From assembly GCF_009914755.1 (NCBI RefSeq), contig NC_060948.1: a stretch of DNA of 64,000 bases, one strand, 5' to 3'. Position numbers and translations under genes: made by a program. The notes beneath the pieces are model-generated. The model was not told the origin of the DNA. It ran no database searches and worked only from the letters and a program-made list of their open reading frames with translations. Shown here in pieces: positions 1 to 13,800 of the stretch. This stretch comes from the human T2T-CHM13v2.0 reference genome, Homo sapiens. Position 1 is the stretch's first letter, and every line of letters begins with the position of its first letter.

Positions 1-562
1 ATGGAATCGAAGAGAATGGAAACAAATGGAATGGAATTGAATGGAATGGAATTGAATGGAATGGGAACGAATGGAGTGAAATTGTATGCAGTAGAAGAGA
101 ATAGAATGGAATGCAAGCGAAAGGAAAGGAATGGATTGGAATGGAATGGAATTCATTGGAATGGAAGGGAATGTAGTGTAATGGACAGGCCTGGAATAAA
201 GTGGAATGCTACGGTCTCGAATGGAATAAAAATGTATGGAATGGAATGCAATGAAACGGAATCGAATGTCATAGAATGTAATGGAATGCAAAAAAATGGA
301 CTCCAAAATCATTGACTGGAAAGGCTGGGTGTCGAAAGGAATTGACTCCAATGGAATGGAATCGAATGGAATGGAAGTGAATAGAATCGAACTAAATCGA
401 ATGGAATGGAATTGATAGGAACGGAATGGAAAGGAATGCAATGATTTGGCATGGAATGGAATCGAAAGGCATCGAATGGAATGGAATGGAATGCAATGGA
501 ATGGAATGTATTAGAATGTAATGAACATTAATGGAAAGTACTCGAATGGATTCGACTGGAAT

Positions 563-577
563 GGAATGTTCTGGAAG
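563..577. promoter_or_regulatory. Canonical heat-shock element motif 1 (repeated in every unit)
   Basis: gGAAtgTTCtgGAAg matches nGAAnnTTCnnGAAn. It is intact in all 18 units by eye. This is a motif match only; binding is not shown. Confidence 0.6.
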
Positions 578-817
578 TGAATGGACTCCAATGGAATGGA
601 TTCGAAAGGAATGGAATCGAACGGAATGGAATTAAACGGAAATGAATCAAATAGAATAGAACGGAATTGAATTGAATGGAATCGAATGCAATGGAATCTA
701 ATGAAACGGAAAGGAATGGAATGGAATGGGCTGGAATGGAATGGAATCGAAACGAATGGAATGGAATCGAACTGAAGAGACTGGAATGGAATGCACTGGA
801 ATGGAAGGGAATGTAAT

Positions 818-832
818 GGAAGGTTCTCGAAA
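818..832. promoter_or_regulatory. Canonical heat-shock element motif 2 (repeated per unit)
   Basis: gGAAggTTCtcGAAa. Intact in 17 of 18 units, lost by TTC>TCC at 14951. Motif match only. Confidence 0.6.
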
Positions 833-1838
833 AAAATGGAATCGAAAGGAATGGAATTGAATGGAACGGAATAGAGTCGAATGGAATTCAATGGAATGGA
901 ATGGACTAGAGTGAAATGGAATCGAACCACAAGGAATGGACAGGAATAGAATGGTCTCGAATTGAATGGAATCGTATGGAATGGCATCAAACGGAATGGA
1001 ATGGACGGCCACGGAATGGAATGCACTCGAATGCAATGGAGTCGAAACTAATGGACTGGAATAGAATGGACTCGACTGGTACGGACTCCAATGGAATGGA
1101 ATCGAATGGAAGGGAATCGAACGGAATGGACTCGAAGGGAAAAGACTGCAATGGAAAGGTCTCGAATGGAATGGAAATTAATGGAATGGAATGGAATCGA
1201 ATGAAATGGAGTCAAAAGGAATGGAATCGAATGGCAAGAAATCGAATGTAATGGAATCGCAAGGAATTGATGTGAACGGAACGGAATGGAATGGAATCCA
1301 AAGGAATGGAATAGAATGGAATGGAATCGAATGGAAAGGACTCGAATGGAAATCACTCGAATAGAATGCAATTTAATAAAATAGGATCAAATGTAATGGA
1401 ATGGAATGGAAAGGAATCGAAACGAAAGGAATGGAGACAGATGGAATGGAATGGAACAGAGAGCAATGGTATAGAATGGAATGGAATCATCTGGAATGGA
1501 ATTGAATGGAATGGAATAATATGAAATGGAATGGAATGGAATGGAATGCCCTTGAATTAAATGGACTGGAATGGAATGGACTCGAACAGAGTGGAATGGA
1601 AAGTGTTGAAATAGAATGGAATGGACTCGTTTGGAATGGTCTAGTATGCAATGCAATAGACTGGCAGGGAATCAAAAGGAATGTAATCGAATGGATTGGA
1701 CTGGAATGCAATGGACTCGAATAGATTGGAAACGGAAAGCAAAGGAATGGAATGGAATAGTATGGAATGGAATGGAAAGGAATGGAGTGGAATAGACTAG
1801 AGTGGAATGGAATGGACTGGAAAGCAATGGACTGGAAT

Positions 1839-1853
1839 GGAACTTTCTTGAAT
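1839..1853. promoter_or_regulatory. Canonical heat-shock element motif 3 (repeated per unit)
   Basis: gGAActTTCttGAAt. Intact in 14 of 18 units, with GAA>AAA in the four B-type units (30162, 37260, 44358, 47897). Motif match only. Confidence 0.55.
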
Positions 1854-4800
1854 GGACTGGAATCAAACGGAATGGAATGCAATGCAATCAAATGGCATGG
1901 AATAAAATAGAATGAAAGAGAATCAAATGGAATTGAATCGAATGGAATCGAATGGATTGGAAAGGAATAGAATGGAATGGAATGGAATTGACTCAAATGG
2001 AATGGACTAGAATGGAATGGATTCGAATGGAAGGCAAAGGAATGGAATCTATTGGAATGGACTGTAATGGAATGGAATGGAAGGGATTGGAATGGACTCG
2101 AATGGAATGGACTGCAGTAGAAAGGATTCGAATGGAATGAAAAAGAATTGAATGGAATAGAACAGCATGGAATCAAATCGAATGAAATGGAATGGAATAG
2201 AAAGGAATGGAATGAAATGGAATGGAAAGGATTCGAATGGAATGCAATCGAATGGAATGAAATCGAATGGAATGGAATCGAACGGAATGGAATAAAATGG
2301 AAGAAAACTGGCAAGAAATGGAATCGAAATGAATGGAGTCTTATGGAACGGACTCAAAAGGAATTGAATGTAATAGAATGGAGTGGAGTGGACTCGAATA
2401 TAATGGACTAGAATGGAATGAAATCACATGGAATGGGAACGAATGGAATGGAATGGAAAGGAATGGAATCGAATGGAAAGGAATCGAATGGAAGGGAATG
2501 AAATTGAATCAACAGGAATGGAAGGGAGTAGAATAGACGGTAATGGAATGGACTCGAATAGAATGGACACGAATGCTCAAATTGAATGGACTCGAATGGA
2601 ATGGCAACGAAAGGAATGTCATCGAATGGAATTGAATCGATTGGAATGAAATCACATAGAATGGAGTGGAATCAAATGGAATTGAATCGAAAGGAAAGGA
2701 AGCGAATGGACTGAAATGAAATGGAATGGAATTGAATGGAAATTAATGCAATGGAATAGAATGGAACGAAATTTCACGGAATGGAATCAAACTGAATGGA
2801 ATCAAATCAATGGAATATAATGAAATGGAATGGAAAGGAATTGAATGGAGTAGATTGGATTGGATGGGATTGGAATGAAATGTACTGGAAAGGACTCGAA
2901 TTTCATGAAACGGAATGGAATGAATTAGAACGGAATGGACTCGAATGGAATGGAATGTCATGGAATGGCATCAAATGGAATGGAATCGAATGCGATGGAA
3001 TGCTATGGAATGGAATGGAATGCATTGGAATGGAATGTCCTCTAATGGAATGTATTCGAGTGGAATGGAATCGAATATAATGGAGTCTAATGAAATGGAA
3101 TTGAAAGGAATGGGACCGAATACAATGGAATATACTGGAATGTAATGTAATGAACTCGAATGTAATTGACTGGAATGGAATGTACATGAATGGAATGTAA
3201 TCGAATGGAAAGCAATCCAATGGAATAGAATCTAATGCAATAAAATCGACTCAAATAGAGTAGAATGTAATGGAATGGAGTACAGTGCAATGGAATGGAA
3301 TGGAATGGAATGCAATGGAATGGAATGGAATGGAATGGGATGGAATGGTATGGAATGGATAGTAATGGACTGGAGTGAAATGGACTGGAAAAGAATGGAC
3401 TCAAATTGAAAGGGCTCGAAAGGAATGGAGTCAAATGGAATGGTCTGGAATGGAATGAACACGAATGTAATGCAATCCAATAGAATGGAATCGAATGGCA
3501 TGGAATATAAAGAAATGGAATCGAAGAGAATGGAAACAAATGGAATGGAATTGAATGGAATGGAATTGAATGGAATGGGAACGAATGGAGTGAAATTGTA
3601 TGCAGTAGAAGAGAATAGAATGGAATGCAAGCGAAAGGAAAGGAATGGATTGGAATGGAATGGAATTCATTGGAATGGAAGGGAATGTAGTGTAATGGAC
3701 AGGCCTGGAATAAAGTGGAATGCTACGGTCTTGAATGGAATAAAAATGTATGGAATGGAATGCAATGAAACGGAATCGAATGTCATAGAATGTAATGGAA
3801 TGCAAAAAAATGTACTCCAAAATCATTGACTGGAAAGGCTGGGTGTCGAAAGGAATTGACTCCAATGGAATGGAATCGAATGGAATGGAAGTGAATAGAA
3901 TCGAACTAAATCGAATGGAATGGAATTGATAGGAACGGAATGGAAAGGAATGCAATGATTTCGCATGGAATGGAATCGAATGGCATCGAATGGAATGGAA
4001 TGGAATGCAATGGAATGGAATGTATTAGAATGTAATGAACTTTAATGGAATGTACTCGAATGGATTCGACTGGAATGGAATGTTCTGGAAGTGAATGGAC
4101 TCCAATGGAATGGATTCGAAAGGAATGGAATCTAATGGAAAGGAATTAAATGGAAATGAATCAAATTGAATAGCACGGAATTGAATTGAATGGAATCGAA
4201 TGCAATGGAATCTAATGAAACGGAAAGGAAAGGAATGGAATGGATTGGAATGGAATGGGCTGGAATGGAATGGAATCGAACTGAAGAGACTGGAATGGAA
4301 TCCACTGGAATGGAAGGGAATGTAATGGAAGGTTCTCGAAAAAAATGGAATCGAAAGGAATGGAATTGAATGGAACGGAATAGAGTCGAATGGAATTCAA
4401 TGGAATGGAATGGACTAGAGTGAAATGGAATCGAACCACAAGGAATGGACAGGAATAGAATGGTCTCGAATTGAATGGAATCGTATGGAATGGCATCAAA
4501 CGGAATGGAATGGACAGCCACGGAATGGAATGGACACCCACGGAATGGAATGCACTCGAATGCAATGGAGTCGACACTAATGGAATGGAATAGAATGGAC
4601 TCGACTGGTACGGACTCCAATGGAATGGAATCGAATGGAAGGGAATCGAACGGAATGGACTCGAAGGGAAAAGACTGCAATGGAAAGGTCTCGAATGGAA
4701 TGGAAATTAATGGAATGGAATGGAATCGAATGAAATGGAGTCAAAAGGAATGGAATCGAATGGCAAGAAATCGAATGTAATGGAATCGCAAGGAATTGAT

Positions 4801-7800
4801 GTGAACGGAACGGAATGGAATGGAATCCAAAGGAATGGAATAGAATGGAATGGAATCGAATGGAAAGGACTCGAATGGAAATCACTCGAATAGAATGCAA
4901 TTTAATAAAATAGGATCAAATGTAATGGAATGGAATGGAAAGGAATCGAAACGAAAGGAATGGAGACAGATGGAATGGAATGGAACAGAGAGCAATGGTA
5001 TAGAATGGAATGGAATCATCTGGAATGGAATTGAATGGAATGGAATAATATGAAATGGAATGGAATGGAATGGAATGCCCTTGAATTAAATGGACTGGAA
5101 TGGAATGGACTCGAACAGAGTGGAATGGAAAGTGTTGAAATAGAATGGAATGGACTCGTTTGGAATGGTCTAGTATGCAATGCAATCGACTGGCAGGGAA
5201 TCAAAAGGAATGTAATCGAATGGATTGGACTGGAATGCAATGGACTCGAAAAGATTGGAAATGGAAAGCAAAGGAATGGAATGGAATAGTATGGAATGGA
5301 ATGGAAAGGAATGGAGTGGAATAGACTAGAGTGGAATGGAATGGACTGGAAAGCAATGGGCTGGAATGGAACTTTCTTGAATGGACTGGAATCAAACGGA
5401 ATGGAATGCAATGCAATCAAATGGCATGGAATAAAATAGAATGAAAGAGAATCAAATGGAATTGAATCGAATGGAATCGAATGGATTGGAAAGGAATAGA
5501 ATGGAATGGAATGGAATTGACTCAAATGGAATGGACTAGAATGGAATGGATTCGAATGGAAGGCAAAGGAATGGAATCTATTGGAATGGACTGTAATGGA
5601 ATGGAATGGAAGGGATTGGAATGGACTCGAATGGAATGGACTTCAGTAGAAAGGATTCGAATGGAATGAAAAAGAATTGAATGGAATAGAACAGAATGGA
5701 ATCAAATCGAATGAAATGGAATGGAATAGAAAGGAATGGAATGAAATGGAACGGAAAGGATTCGAATGGAATGCAATCGAATGGAATGAAATCGAATGGA
5801 ATGGAATCGAACGGAATGGAATAAAATGGAAGAAAACTGGCAAGAAATGGAATCGAAATGAATGGAGTGTTATGGAACGGACTCAAAAGGAATTGAATGT
5901 AATAGAATGGAGTGGAGTGGACTCGAATATAATGGACTAGAATGGAATGAAATCACATGGAATGGGAACGAATGGAATGGAATGGAAAGGAATGGAATCG
6001 AATGGAAAGGAATCGAATGGAAGGGAATGAAATTGAATCAACAGGAATGGAAGGGAGTAGAATAGACGGTAATGGAATGGACTCGAATAGAATGGACACG
6101 AATGCTCAAATTGAATGGACTCGAATGGAATGGCAACGAAAGGAATGTCATCGAATGGAATTGAATCGATTGGAATGAAATCACAAAGAATGGAGTGGAA
6201 TCAAATGGAATTGAATCGAAAGGAAAGGAAGCGAATGGACTGAAATGAAATGGAATGGAATTGAATGGAAATTAATGCAATGGAATAGAATGGAACGAAA
6301 TTTCACGGAATGGAATCAAACTGAATGGAATCAAATCAATGGAATATAATGAAATGGAATGGAAAGGAATTGAATGGAGTAGATTGGATTGGATGGGATT
6401 GGAATGAAATGTACTGGAAAGGACTCGAATTTCATGAAACGGAATGGAATGAATTAGAACGGAATGGACTCGAATGGAATGGAATGTCATGGAATGGCAT
6501 CAAATGGAATGGAATCGAATGCGATGGAATGCTATGGAATGGAATGGAATGCATTGGAATGGAATGTCCTCTAATGGAATGTATTCGAGTGGAATGGAAT
6601 CGAATATAATGGAGTCTAATGAAATGGAATTGAAAGGAATGGGACCGAATACAATGGAATATACTGGAATGTAATGTAATGAACTCGAATGTAATTGACT
6701 GGAATGGAATGTACATGAATGGAATGTAATCGAATGGAAAGCAATCCAATGGAATAGAATCTAATGCAATAAAATCGACTCAAATAGAGTAGAATGTAAT
6801 GGAATGGAGTACAGTGCAATGGAATGGAATGGAATGGAATGCAATGGAATGGAATGGAATGGAATGGGATGGAATGGTATGGAATGGATAGTAATGGACT
6901 GGAGTGAAATGGACTGGAAAAGAATGGACTCAAATTGAAAGGGCTCGAAAGGAATGGAGTCAAATGGAATGGTCTGGAATGGAATGAACACGAATGTAAT
7001 GCAATCCAATAGAATGGAATCGAATGGCATGGAATATAAAGAAATGGAATCGAAGAGAATGGAAACAAATGGAATGGAATTGAATGGAATGGAATTGAAT
7101 GGAATGGGAACGAATGGAGTGAAATTGTATGCAGTAGAAGAGAATAGAATGGAATGCAAGCGAAAGGAAAGGAATGGATTGGAATGGAATGGAATTCATT
7201 GGAATGGAAGGGAATGTAGTGTAATGGACAGGCCTGGAATAAAGTGGAATGCTACGGTCTCGAATGGAATAAAAATGTATGGAATGGAATGCAATGAAAC
7301 GGAATCGAATGTCATAGAATGTAATGGAATGCAAAAAAATGGACTCCAAAATCATTGACTGGAAAGGCTGGGTGTCGAAAGGAATTGACTCCAATGGAAT
7401 GGAATCGAATGGAATGGAAGTGAATAGAATCGAACTAAATCGAATGGAATGGAATTGATAGGAACGGAATGGAAAGGAATGCAATGATTTCGCATGGAAT
7501 GGAATCGAATGGCATCGAATGGAATGGAATGGAATGCAATGGAATGGAATGTATTAGAATGTAATGAACTTTAATGGAATGTACTCGAATGGATTCGACT
7601 GGAATGGAATGTTCTGGAAGTGAATGGACTCCAATGGAATGGATTCGAAAGGAATGGAATCTAATGGAATGGAATTAAATGGAAATGAATCAAATTGAAT
7701 AGAACGGAATTGAATTGAATGGAATCGAATGCAATGGAATCTAATGAAACGGAAAGGAAAGGAATGGAATGGATTGGAATGGAATGGGCTGGAATGGAAT

Positions 7801-10800
7801 GGAATCGAAACGAATGGAATGGAATCGAACTGAAGAGACTGGAATGGAATGCACTGGAATGGAAGGGAATGTAATGGAAGGTTCTCGAAAAAAATGGAAT
7901 CGAAAGGAATGGAATTGAATGGAACGGAATAGAGTCGAATGGAATTGAATGGAATGGAATGGACTAGAGTGAAATGGAATCGAACCACAAGGAATGGACA
8001 GGAATAGAATGGTCTCGAATTGAATGGAATCGTATGGAATGGCATCAAACGGAATGGAATGGACAGCCACGGAATGGAATGGACACCCACGGAATGGAAT
8101 GCACTCGAATGCAATGGAGTCGACACTAATGGACTGGAATAGAATGGACTCGACTGGTACGGACTCCAATGGAATGGAATCGAATGGAAGGGAATCGAAC
8201 GGAATGGACTCGAAGGGAAAAGACTGCAATGGAAAGGTCTCGAATGGAATGGAAATTAATGGAATGGAATGGAATCGAATGAAATGGAGTCAAAAGGAAT
8301 GGAATCGAATGGCAAGAAATCGAATGTAATGGAATCGCAAGGAATTGATGTGAACGGAACGGAATGGAATGGAATCCAAAGGAATGGAATAGAATGGAAT
8401 GGAATCGAATGGAAAGGACTCGAATGGAAATCACTCGAATAGAATGCAATTTAATAAAATAGGATCAAATGTAATGGAATGGAATGGAAAGGAATCGAAA
8501 CGAAAGGAATGGAGACAGATGGAATGGAATGGAACAGAGAGCAATGGTATAGAATGGAATGGAATCATCTGGAATGGAATTGAATGGAATGGAATAATAT
8601 GAAATGGAATGGAATGGAATGGAATGCCCTTGAATTAAATGGACTGGAATGGAATGGACTCGAACAGAGTGGAATGGAAAGTGTTGAAATAGAATGGAAT
8701 GGACTCGTTTGGAATGGTCTAGTATGCAATGCAATCGACTGGCAGGGAATCAAAAGGAATGTAATCGAATGGATTGGACTGGAATGCAATGGACTCGAAT
8801 AGATTGGAAACGGAAAGCAAAGGAATGGAATGGAATAGTATGGAATGGAATGGAAAGGAATGGAGTGGAATAGACTAGAGTGGAATGGAATGGACTGGAA
8901 AGCAATGGACTGGAATGGAACTTTCTTGAATGGACTGGAATCAAACGGAATGGAATGCAATGCAATCAAATGGCATGGAATAAAATAGAATGAAAGAGAA
9001 TCAAATGGAATTGAATCGAATGGAATCGAATGGATTGGAAAGGAATAGAATGGAATGGAATGGAATTGACTCAAATGGAATGGACTAGAATGGAATGGAT
9101 TCGAATGGAAGGCAAAGGAATGGAATCTATTGGAATGGACTGTAATGGAATGGAATGGAAGGGATTGGAATGGACTCGAATGGAATGGACTGCAGTAGAA
9201 AGGATTCGAATGGAATGAAAAAGGATTGAATGGAATAGAACAGAATGGAATCAAATCGAATGAAATGGAATGGAATAGAAAGGAATGGAATGAAATGGAA
9301 TGGAAAGGATTCGAATGGAATGCAATCGAATGGAATGAAATCGAATGGAATGGAATCGAACGAAATGGAATAAAATGGAAGAAAACTGGCAAGAAATGGA
9401 ATCGAAATGAATGGAGTGTTATGGAACGGACTCAAAAGGAATTGAATGTAATAGAATGGAGTGGAGTGGACTCGAATATAATGGACTAGAATGGAATGAA
9501 ATCACATGGAATGGGAACGAATGGAATGGAATGGAAAGGAATGGAATCGAATGGAAAGGAATCGAATGGAAGGGAATGAAATTGAATCAACAGGAATGGA
9601 AGGGAGTAGAATAGACGGTAATGGAATGGACTCGAATAGAATGGACACGAATGCTCAAATTGAATGGACTCGAATGGAATGGCAACAAAAGGAATGTCAT
9701 CGAATGGAATTGAATCGATTGGAATGAAATCACATAGAATGGAGTGGAATCAAATGGAATTGAATCGAAAGGAAAGGAAGCGAATGGACTGAAATGAAAT
9801 GGAATGGAATTGAATGGAAATTAATGCAATGGAATAGAATGGAACGAAATTTCACGGAATGGAATCAAACTGAATGGAATCAAATCAATGGAATATAATC
9901 AAATGGAATGGAAAGGAACTGAATGGAGTAGATTGGATTGGATGGGATTGGAATGAAATGTACTGGAAAGGACTCGAATTTCATGAAACGGAATGGAATG
10001 AATTAGAACGGAATGGACTCGAATGGAATGGAATGTCATGGAATGGCATCAAATGGAATGGAATCGAATGCGATGGAATGCTATGGAATGGAATGGAATG
10101 CATTGGAATGGAATGTCCTCTAATGGAATGTATTCGAGTGGAATGGAATCGAATATAATGGAGTCTAATGAAATGGAATTGAAAGGAATGGGACCGAATA
10201 CAATGGAATAAACTGGAATGTAATGTAATGAACTCGAATGTAATTGACTGGAATGGAATGTACATGAATGGAATGTAATCGAATGGAAAGCAATCCAATG
10301 GAATAGAATCTAATGCAATAAAATCGACTCAAATAGAGTAGAATGTAATGGAATGGAGTGCAGTGCAATGGAATGGAATGGAATGCAATGGAATGGAATG
10401 GAATGGAATGGAATGGAATGGGATGGAATGGTATGGAATGGATAGTAATGGACTGGAGTGAAATGGACTGGAAAAGAATGGACTCAAATTGAAAGGGCTC
10501 GAAAGGAATGGAGTCAAATGGAATGGTCTGGAATGGAATGAACACGAATGTAATGCAATCCAATAGAATGGAATCGAATGGCATGGAATATAAAGAAATG
10601 GAATCGAAGAGAATGGAAACAAATGGAATGGAATTGAATGGAATGGAATTGAATGGAATGGGAACGAATGGAGTGAAATTGTATGCAGTAGAAGAGAATA
10701 GAATGGAATGCAAGCGAAAGGAAAGGAATGGATTGGAATGGAATGGAATTCATTGGAATGGAAGGGAATGTAGTGTAATGGACAGGCCTGGAATAAAGTG

Positions 10801-13800
10801 GAATGCTACGGTCTCGAATGGAATAAAAATGTATGGAATGGAATGCAATGAAACGGAATCGAATGTCATAGAATGTAATGGAATGCAAAAAAATGGACTC
10901 CAAAATCATTGACTGGAAAGGCTGGGTGTCGAAAGGAATTGACTCCAATGGAATGGAATCGAATGGAATGGAAGTGAATAGAATCGAACTAAATCGAATG
11001 GAATGGAATTGATAGGAACGGAATGGAAAGGAATGCAATGATTTGGCATGGAATGGAATCGAAAGGCATCGAATGGAATGGAATGGAATGCAATGGAATG
11101 GAATGTATTAGAATGTAATGAACATTAATGGAAAGTACTCGAATGGATTCGACTGGAATGGAATGTTCTGGAAGTGAATGGACTCCAATGGAATGGATTC
11201 GAAAGGAATGGAATCGAACGGAATGGAATTAAACGGAAATGAATCAAATAGAATAGAACGGAATTGAATTGAATGGAATCGAATGCAATGGAATCTAATG
11301 AAACGGAAAGGAATGGAATGGAATGGGCTGGAATGGAATGGAATCGAAACGAATGGAATGGAATCGAACTGAAGAGACTGGAATGGAATGCACTGGAATG
11401 GAAGGGAATGTAATGGAAGGTTCTCGAAAAAAATGGAATCGAAAGGAATGGAATTGAATGGAACGGAATAGAGTCGAATGGAATTCAATGGAATGGAATG
11501 GACTAGAGTGAAATGGAATCGAACCACAAGGAATGGACAGGAATAGAATGGTCTCGAATTGAATGGAATCGTATGGAATGGCATCAAACGGAATGGAATG
11601 GACGGCCACGGAATGGAATGCACTCGAATGCAATGGAGTCGAAACTAATGGACTGGAATAGAATGGACTCGACTGGTACGGACTCCAATGGAATGGAATC
11701 GAATGGAAGGGAATCGAACGGAATGGACTCGAAGGGAAAAGACTGCAATGGAAAGGTCTCGAATGGAATGGAAATTAATGGAATGGAATGGAATCGAATG
11801 AAATGGAGTCAAAAGGAATGGAATCGAATGGCAAGAAATCGAATGTAATGGAATCGCAAGGAATTGATGTGAACGGAACGGAATGGAATGGAATCCAAAG
11901 GAATGGAATAGAATGGAATGGAATCGAATGGAAAGGACTCGAATGGAAATCACTCGAATAGAATGCAATTTAATAAAATAGGATCAAATGTAATGGAATG
12001 GAATGGAAAGGAATCGAAACGAAAGGAATGGAGACAGATGGAATGGAATGGAACAGAGAGCAATGGTATAGAATGGAATGGAATCATCTGGAATGGAATT
12101 GAATGGAATGGAATAATATGAAATGGAATGGAATGGAATGGAATGCCCTTGAATTAAATGGACTGGAATGGAATGGACTCGAACAGAGTGGAATGGAAAG
12201 TGTTGAAATAGAATGGAATGGACTCGTTTGGAATGGTCTAGTATGCAATGCAATAGACTGGCAGGGAATCAAAAGGAATGTAATCGAATGGATTGGACTG
12301 GAATGCAATGGACTCGAATAGATTGGAAACGGAAAGCAAAGGAATGGAATGGAATAGTATGGAATGGAATGCAAAGGAATGGAGTGGAATAGACTAGAGT
12401 GGAATGGAATGGACTCGAAAGCAATGGACTGGAATGGAACTTTCTTGAATGGACTGGAATCAAACGGAATGGAATGCAATGCAATCAAATGGCATGGAAT
12501 AAAATAGAATGAAAGAGAATCAAATGGAATTGAATCGAATGGAATCGAATGGATTGGAAAGGAATAGAATGGAATGGAATGGAATTGACTCAAATGGAAT
12601 GGACTAGAATGGAATGGATTCGAATGGAAGGCAAAGGAATGGAATCTATTGGAATGGACTGTAATGGAATGGAATGGAAGGGATTGGAATGGACTCGAAT
12701 GGAATGGACTTCAGTAGAAAGGATTCGAATGGAATGAAAAAGAATTGAATGGAATAGAACAGAATGGAATCAAATCGAATGAAATGGAATGGAATAGAAA
12801 GGAATGGAATGAAATGGAATGGAAAGGATTCGAATGGAATGCAATCGAATGGAATGAAATCGAATGGAATGGAATCGAACGGAATGGAATAAAATGGAAG
12901 AAAACTGGCAAGAAATGGAATCGAAATGAATGGAGTGTTATGGAACGGACTCAAAAGGAATTGAATGTAATAGAATGGAGTGGAGTGGACTCGAATATAA
13001 TGGACTAGAATGGAATGAAATCACATGGAATGGGAACGAATGGAATGGAATGGAAAGGAATGGAATCGAATGGAAAGGAATCGAATGGAAGGGAATGAAA
13101 TTGAATCAACAGGAATGGAAGGGAGTAGAATAGACGGTAATGGAATGGACTCGAATAGAATGGACACGAATGCTCAAATTGAATGGACTCGAATGGAATG
13201 GCAACGAAAGGAATGTCATCGAATGGAATTGAATCGATTGGAATGAAATCACATAGAATGGAGTGGAATCAAATGGAATTGAATCGAAAGGAAAGGAAGC
13301 GAATGGACTGAAATGAAATGGAATGGAATTGAATGGAAATTAATGCAATGGAATAGAATGGAACGAAATTTCACGGAATGGAATCAAACTGAATGGAATC
13401 AAATCAATGGAATATAATCAAATGGAATGGAAAGGAATTGAATGGAGTAGATTGAATTGGATGGGATTGGAATGAAATGTACTGGAAAGGACTCGAATTT
13501 CATGAAACGGAATGGAATGAATTAGAACGGAATGGACTCGAATGGAATGGAATGTCATGGAATGGCATCAAATGGAATGGAATCGAATGCGATGGAATGC
13601 TATGGAATGGAATGGAATGCATTGGAATGGAATGTCCTCTAATGGAATGTATTCGAGTGGAATGGAATCGAATATAATGGAGTCTAATGAAATGGAATTG
13701 AAAGGAATGGGACCGAATACAATGGAATATACTGGAATGTAATGTAATGAACACGAATGTAATTGACTGGAATGGAATGTACATGAATGGAATGTAATCG

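Noticed and set aside
2846-2874. GG-rich tract GGAGTAGATTGGATTGGATGGGATTGG as a G-quadruplex
   Set aside because: It has mostly GG doublets, which are ubiquitous in this array, and lacks four G3 runs.
195-3244. Several AATAAA hexamers per unit (e.g. 195, 225, 1375, 1901, 2291)
   Set aside because: They arise easily from GGAAT variants. No transcript evidence is available from sequence alone.
187-3700. Internal ~1.8-kb half-unit periodicity as in some other HSat3 families
   Set aside because: No landmark motif was seen to recur at half-unit spacing. An autocorrelation would be needed to exclude a highly degenerate one.
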